A stretch of 64,000 nucleotides of DNA, from IMG/VR virus record IMGVR_UViG_3300022555_000016. The stretch is one strand, 5' to 3'. The translations under genes were made by a program, and so were the position numbers. Origin of the DNA: an uncultured virus (IMG/VR IMGVR_UViG_3300022555_000016). Its lineage: Duplodnaviria > Heunggongvirae > Uroviricota > Caudoviricetes. This document shows positions 59,082 through 64,000 of the stretch, in pieces (the stretch's first letter is position 1; every line of letters starts with the position of its first letter). The notes under the pieces are model-generated. The model searched no databases. It was not told the DNA's origin and saw only the letters and a program-made list of their open reading frames with translations.

Positions 59082-59744
59082 GTGACTCAATCGGCACCAA
59101 CTGTCCAAACGACCCAAGACCTTACTAGTCCTACTACTCCCACGGTCCAAACTAAACCGCCAAAGGATCGGTACTACACTTGTCCTACGTCTAGTGTTGA
59201 GTACAAAAATAGCTGCCCTATTCTCAACTGTCCGGCTAACATTGCTCACGTAGAAGATTCTCGTCCAAGCGGTTGCTTCTACAACTTCTTAAGTGGTAAG
59301 CAAACAGTGAGTAAATACGAAGTAGCCTACGCTTTCGGTATTCCGGTAAAAGACGTGGATTACTACGATAGTGTAGGTAGGGCTGGAATTCAGACAATTA
59401 CACTGTTCTATGAGATGGTTAAACAGGTTAGGCAGTGGACTTCTAATCACAACATGTACTGCTCATCCTGTGGTTGCTTACGGACTACTCCTGGTGACTG
59501 TATTAACCACATTAAGTGTAACGAACGGTTACATCTGGCAAATAAACTGTTGAAGTTGTACCCGTTCAACATTGAAGAGTTTGAGTTAACTCACCAAGAT
59601 GTGTTCAAGCTACTAGCTAACCGTAAACGTATCAACCGGATTCTAAAAAGTAAAAACGTTGAGGGCAACTTAACGTTTAGGCAAGTAACTAGTCTAGATA
59701 AACACACCTTTCAAATAATAGTGGAAATGAACGCTATTGTTTGA
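59082..59744 (+). CDS. Cys-rich Zn-binding protein
   Basis: CP...CPILNCP...GC and CSSCG...C....C clusters, GAGGA RBS. Confidence 0.65.
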   Translation: MTQSAPTVQTTQDLTSPTTPTVQTKPPKDRYYTCPTSSVEYKNSCPILNCPANIAHVEDSRPSGCFYNFLSGKQTVSKYEVAYAFGIPVKDVDYYDSVGRAGIQTITLFYEMVKQVRQWTSNHNMYCSSCGCLRTTPGDCINHIKCNERLHLANKLLKLYPFNIEEFELTHQDVFKLLANRKRINRILKSKNVEGNLTFRQVTSLDKHTFQIIVEMNAIV

Positions 59745-59843
59745 CCTAAAGTCTACTGCGTAAGACCTTCGGCCTACTAAGTAAGAGCTAATCAACAACC
59801 GTTGTCTCCAACAGAGACGTTTCCTTCAAAGGACAAATAACCA

Positions 59844-60551
59844 ATGGCTACCACAGTCGTTAAGAAGTTAAAGCCTGCTGTTACTCGGACAGTTACCACC
59901 ACTAAGAAGGCAGCTAAGCCTACACGGACGGTAAAGACTGTGTATGTAGAGGAGGACGAGAGTCCAATCCTAACTTTAGATCAAGCTCTTAATTCGGAGA
60001 GCAGCCAGTTATACGTACTGAACACATCTAACCAAGTTAACAAAGGTAAGAAGTATTCAGAGGTTTTGATTGATGTGGTTATGCCTAATGGCAGTTCTAA
60101 TCTTCTTACTATCCCTGAGTCGTGGCTGCCTTACGATGTTAGTGCCTCTATGCCGGTTGAGGATGCCCTAAGTTCAACTAACTTTAGGCGTGCAATTAAC
60201 GAAGGTTTAGTTGCTTTAATCTCCAACAAGGAAGCTCAACGTATTCTTAAAGCTAACGCTGAAGATGTACGGTCAGAGCGCCGGCGGTTAGCTAATCGTG
60301 GTAAAGATGACGAAGATGTTGTTGCTGAAGACGAGAGTGATTCAGAAGACTTAGAGTCTGGCGTTATGCCACAAGTAATCTCCTTACTCTCACGGACTAT
60401 GTCTCCTCGTGATAGGTTAGCCGCCTTTAAAGCTATTGGTGCCGAAGCTATCACTGATAAGGATATCAAGTACATTATCAGTCGGGTTTCCAGTACAGAG
60501 TCTAAGTTGTTAGCTTGGGTTGACGGTATCCGCGAATCCCGTCGTCGGTAA
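59844..60551 (+). CDS. Hypothetical protein
   Basis: 235 aa, AAGGA RBS. Confidence 0.75.
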   Translation: MATTVVKKLKPAVTRTVTTTKKAAKPTRTVKTVYVEEDESPILTLDQALNSESSQLYVLNTSNQVNKGKKYSEVLIDVVMPNGSSNLLTIPESWLPYDVSASMPVEDALSSTNFRRAINEGLVALISNKEAQRILKANAEDVRSERRRLANRGKDDEDVVAEDESDSEDLESGVMPQVISLLSRTMSPRDRLAAFKAIGAEAITDKDIKYIISRVSSTESKLLAWVDGIRESRRR

Positions 60552-60573
60552 CTTAATAAAAATAAAGATACGA

Positions 60574-60611
60574 AAAACCCGGTAGACTCAATTAAGAGTC
60601 TACCGGGTTTT
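60574..60611. terminator. Bidirectional terminator
   Basis: AAAACCCGGTAGACTC / GAGTCTACCGGGTTTT between convergent genes. Confidence 0.8.
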
Positions 60612-60633
60612 CTTTTTGCCATTAAACTAACCG

Positions 60634-61476
60634 TTAGTCTTCGTAACCTTCGTAGGGATGACGAATTCCAGTTTTAACCAGAGGCGGAGCACAGAACTTC
60701 TGGTTAACTTTAATGTTACCAAAAGGATTAGGTGCTACAGGTTCCGCTACTTGCTTCTTGATTACCCCGCGAGCAATCAGGTTAGCTTTGGAAGCGTAGT
60801 AGATAACTAATCCGACAGGAGCTACCGAAAGGTCACGATCAAAGGCAACCTCTACAACATTAGATTCTACCTTGGTACCGTAACCTGTGCCTAGATCACC
60901 GGATATACCACGCGAGGTATTGTTACTACTGGTGTTGGTCGTGTAGCTAGTGGCGCAACTAGCAACCAGAAGACTTTTGTCGGAATAGTCAGAAGAACTA
61001 CCGCAAAGGACCACCTTGTTTAGAGGTATTGATGATGGAACAAGTCCATCCAGGATAAAACCTCCGCGCAGAACATTAAACACGGGTTTAGGTTTCTCGC
61101 GGTAAACTAGAGCACCGATTACCCCAGTGTTTTTAGTTCCTTGACCAGTACCGGACGAATAGGAAGTCCCTTTAGAACCAAAGACAAACTGGTTAACGTG
61201 ATTTAGACTACCGCGCCAACCGTCAACGACTAAAGTTGAATGAGGTTCAATCAGATAACCTGTTGAACTATCAGTAGGTGGTTTGCCGTCTAGTGTTGAA
61301 AGACCGTCCACAGTAGGAAGAACTTCAAGGCGGAAACCAGAAGTGTTGCGGAAGGTTAGGGAGAAGTTACTACCGTCCCAGCCTTCAACATAAGTATCAC
61401 CATTGTGGGTGTACTCTATAATGGCCTTATTGTTGACCGTGACCGACAGTTCAACACCGGCTTGTTTATTAAACAT
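60634..61476 (-). CDS. Hypothetical protein with a beta-rich N-terminal domain
   Basis: VDGLSTLDGK...GY...DGWR...FVF pattern, 280 aa. Confidence 0.7.
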   Translation of the reverse strand: MFNKQAGVELSVTVNNKAIIEYTHNGDTYVEGWDGSNFSLTFRNTSGFRLEVLPTVDGLSTLDGKPPTDSSTGYLIEPHSTLVVDGWRGSLNHVNQFVFGSKGTSYSSGTGQGTKNTGVIGALVYREKPKPVFNVLRGGFILDGLVPSSIPLNKVVLCGSSSDYSDKSLLVASCATSYTTNTSSNNTSRGISGDLGTGYGTKVESNVVEVAFDRDLSVAPVGLVIYYASKANLIARGVIKKQVAEPVAPNPFGNIKVNQKFCAPPLVKTGIRHPYEGYED

Positions 61477-61608
61477 TAGAAATTACTCCAGGGCTTTGAG
61501 GGCTTAACTGCCACGTGTCTTGTGGACTCTGCCTCAGATTTGGCTTGCCTCATCAGGTGGATGGTTGCCAACCTTTCCCACGACCGGCTAGTTAAAGCCG
61601 GTTTCGGC

Positions 61609-61881
61609 TTACTTGTTTTCAATATCCGGCTGCTCGGTTTCGATCCCACGAATAGCAAAGTTTCGCATTCCAAAATCCATCTTTGGCTGGAACTCACCGC
61701 ACCACATTGCTTCTTTTGTCTTAGAGTATTGAGAGATTACACCGGGCCTACCTTCTCTATCTTGAATGAGATGTGAAAAAGGCGGATTACGGCGGCAATC
61801 GCCCTCCCCTTGACCGCTCTTTGCAACAAGTCCAGGGGCTTTTTGCCAATAACGACAAGTTCCACAATTATCAGTTGACAT
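61609..61881 (-). CDS. Small Cys-rich phage protein
   Basis: CGTCRYW...GDCRRNPP...WCGEF. Confidence 0.7.
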   Translation of the reverse strand: MSTDNCGTCRYWQKAPGLVAKSGQGEGDCRRNPPFSHLIQDREGRPGVISQYSKTKEAMWCGEFQPKMDFGMRNFAIRGIETEQPDIENK

Positions 61882-61901
61882 AGTGCTGCTACCTTTGATT
61901 G

Positions 61902-62222
61902 TCAGTTAAGCTTGGTACGATCAACGTCTTCAAACTTGTCAGCGTATAGTTTTTCTTCTTCGCTAACGATAGCGTCTTGCGGGATAGCCATGGCATGCAA
62001 GTTAGACATGTAGTCAAGCTGATTTTTAACCCAAGTCTGATCATTGCCTAGTCGGTGGAAGATGCTAGACAACAGCAAAGCAGCCGGATTAAGTGTTGTT
62101 TGACTCTCTGGAATTACTAAGCAAAAGGCTCCGCGATCTTTGCTAAACACTAAAGCCGAGTCAAAGCACCCCAGATCAATGTGGTCGTCCTTTAGAACGA
62201 TGTTCTTAACTTTAGTTGACAT
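61902..62222 (-). CDS. Hypothetical protein
   Basis: 106 aa in an operon. Confidence 0.65.
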   Translation of the reverse strand: MSTKVKNIVLKDDHIDLGCFDSALVFSKDRGAFCLVIPESQTTLNPAALLLSSIFHRLGNDQTWVKNQLDYMSNLHAMAIPQDAIVSEEEKLYADKFEDVDRTKLN

Positions 62223-62240
62223 TTTTGTTCCACTTTTTTG

Positions 62241-62510
62241 TTAGAGTTCTTTTTGAACCTTGGAAAACTTGATATGATTGACTTGCCAGCCGTTAGAGCT
62301 ACGATCCCAAACAAAGACGGTATCATCTACTTTATTTCTAGAGATTAGCAACCCAGTTTCATTTAAAGCGTCAACCAGCGATTCAAAACTTTTCCAAACA
62401 GGATCACTAAAATCGGTACCGGTTTCCACTAAAACATGGTAGCCCTTGGCCTTTTCCTTAGCATTGACGTATTTAGCGTACAAGGTTTCTTCTTCTGCTG
62501 TTAGAGACAT
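62241..62510 (-). CDS. Hypothetical protein
   Basis: 89 aa, AAGGA RBS. Confidence 0.65.
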   Translation of the reverse strand: MSLTAEEETLYAKYVNAKEKAKGYHVLVETGTDFSDPVWKSFESLVDALNETGLLISRNKVDDTVFVWDRSSNGWQVNHIKFSKVQKEL

Positions 62511-62536
62511 TTTACAGTTTCCTTTGTTTTTACTGG

Positions 62537-62824
62537 TTAAGATTCACGAATCATAGCTAATGTATGCTCTTGTTCCCACCCTCTAATCCAAGCACGGATT
62601 AAAGGGCCGTCAAACTCATGCCGTAGCCAATAGGCAGGAGTGTTAAACTCACCATCAGGAGCTTCTCGGTCAACTTTATAGACTAATTTATCCCAGCCGT
62701 TGCTTCCTACGCCGTTATTAAAGTCTTCCCTACCTAGTTGTTCAAGCTCTCTAGCTCGATCATAGTTGGAACTTGCAACAAGATAGTCTGATTCACCACG
62801 AGAGGCTTGACACATTAAGAACAC
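62537..62824 (-). CDS. Hypothetical protein
   Basis: 95 aa, overlaps the upstream stop codon. Confidence 0.6.
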   Translation of the reverse strand: MFLMCQASRGESDYLVASSNYDRARELEQLGREDFNNGVGSNGWDKLVYKVDREAPDGEFNTPAYWLRHEFDGPLIRAWIRGWEQEHTLAMIRES

Positions 62825-63135
62825 CTGTTATTTAAGGTATTGTCTTCAGTCTGTAGATTTGCACCCTTGCTCTCCAGAAAAGGAACCAAAACGTTATTAA
62901 AACAGTCGCAACAAATATCAAAGAACTTAGAGGTTGTCTCATAGGAAGCGCCTGTGTATTGTCCTACGGTTAGCTTGACTTCAGTTAACGCCCGATCAGG
63001 CCAGTCAGTATTTGACCAATCACCCACATGTTCAACACTATCTTCTTTAACAGTCACTACTCCACACAGGTCACATTTGAACTCAGTTACTACTGGTTTA
63101 GTGCTAGTTACGGTGCTAAGTTCAATTTTTCTCAT
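62815..63135 (-). CDS. Small Zn-binding protein
   Basis: CDLCG...DICCDC, GGAGG RBS. Confidence 0.65.
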   Translation of the reverse strand: MRKIELSTVTSTKPVVTEFKCDLCGVVTVKEDSVEHVGDWSNTDWPDRALTEVKLTVGQYTGASYETTSKFFDICCDCFNNVLVPFLESKGANLQTEDNTLNNRCS

Positions 63136-63256
63136 GATATGCCCTCCAGGGTAATTTGTTTAGTTTCCAACCGTCGAATCCATCAATTACATTAGGGTAC
63201 CCGTTAATAAATAACACCTCGGCGGCTAGTTGCTTACATTACTGAAGTTAAGAGGT

Positions 63257-63347
63257 TGGCGCCCTCGGGTGGGTCCTGCCCCCACCCTTCTACGAATAGC
63301 CGCGTCGCGACAACCAGCTACCGTATTACCCCAATCTCGGGGATGGC
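63257..63347 (-). ncRNA. tRNA-like structured RNA with an encoded 3' CCA
   Basis: Hand-folded cloverleaf-like structure ending GAGGGC-G-CCA, about 38 nt downstream of the promoter motif at 63385-63393. Confidence 0.5.
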
Positions 63348-63734
63348 ATAAACTACAAGACTTAACTTATGTGGTCAGTTAATTAAAATTAGGTTTTGGT
63401 CTTGATGTACTGTTTTGCAAGCTCGGCTAGGTACTCAGGATTCTTGTACCGACTGTCTATATTTTCCCTGAACTTCTTAGCAGTTGCGTCTCTTGATTTT
63501 TTCCAAAGTTCGCCAACTTTACCGGTAAGAATTACTGCTTGTACACCCTTTAATTTGTACTGTAACTCCAACTCTTTATTTTTTAAAGGAGTCGTCAGAC
63601 ATGTACAAACCTCCTAACTGTTAAATTTGCTACTGCACCAGTTACGTTCAGGTTATAGCTTAGACCAGCTCTGAGGCTATGCAGACAAGTTCTGCAACGT
63701 CTCCCTTCCAGTGCAGTAGCAACTAGTACAGAAA

Positions 63735-63977
63735 CTATTTCTTAACGGCCGGTTCTGGTTCGCTTGAGAACGGAATAGAATTAGCTGCTTGAAATCCGCT
63801 GATTGGAGGAGAGTACTCTACTTTATCAGAGACTTCGTAAACCACAGTTACAGAGTAACGACCTATGCGTACCTGGATTCCTTCGTATAGCTCTGGAGTC
63901 AGCATAATTGCAAATTCGGCCATTACAGAGTTTGCAATAGCTATTGCAGCTTCTGGCCTAATGACTAAAGATGCCAA
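63735..63977 (-). CDS. Hypothetical protein, start uncertain at the window edge
   Basis: 80-aa ORF. Confidence 0.45.
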   Translation of the reverse strand: MASLVIRPEAAIAIANSVMAEFAIMLTPELYEGIQVRIGRYSVTVVYEVSDKVEYSPPISGFQAANSIPFSSEPEPAVKK

Positions 63978-64000
63978 ATGAGCATCGTTTATAAGTAACG

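Noticed and set aside
63257..63347. Canonical tRNA or complete tmRNA
   Set aside because: There is no TTC T-loop or 7-nt anticodon loop, and I found no tag reading frame. It is kept only as tRNA-like.

Overview
This window looks like 64 kb of a large (jumbo-type) tailed bacteriophage genome with moderately low GC, read mostly on the minus strand. A GcrA homolog points to an alphaproteobacterial host. All family calls come from motifs recognised by eye, without database searches. Main contents: (1) a tail-fibre-like locus with one intact copy, one copy frameshifted by a 55-bp fold-back insertion, and one copy collapsed to 180 bp; (2) two cassettes pairing an apparently dead IS200-type TnpA with a tandem Zn-ribbon/Vsr-like endonuclease; (3) an Acb1-like 2H phosphoesterase; (4) many probable internal head proteins sharing an N-terminal L-x-x-I-D-x-Y-L motif and VTA/VTS linkers, including a 1385-aa polyvalent protein; (5) a sensory cluster of two hemerythrins, REC-HD-GYP and two REC-STAS proteins; (6) tRNA-Cys and a CCA-ended tRNA-like RNA; (7) ten protamine-like K/R/H/G-rich genes, most with a NUMOD3-like helix; (8) two transposase-less TnpB elements with an identical 141-bp omegaRNA-like region; (9) RuvC-like, NUDIX, HAD, putative neck proteins and two divergent capsid-like paralogs. 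A recurring (C/T)TAATTTT motif precedes many genes. Several genes carry single nonsense codons.
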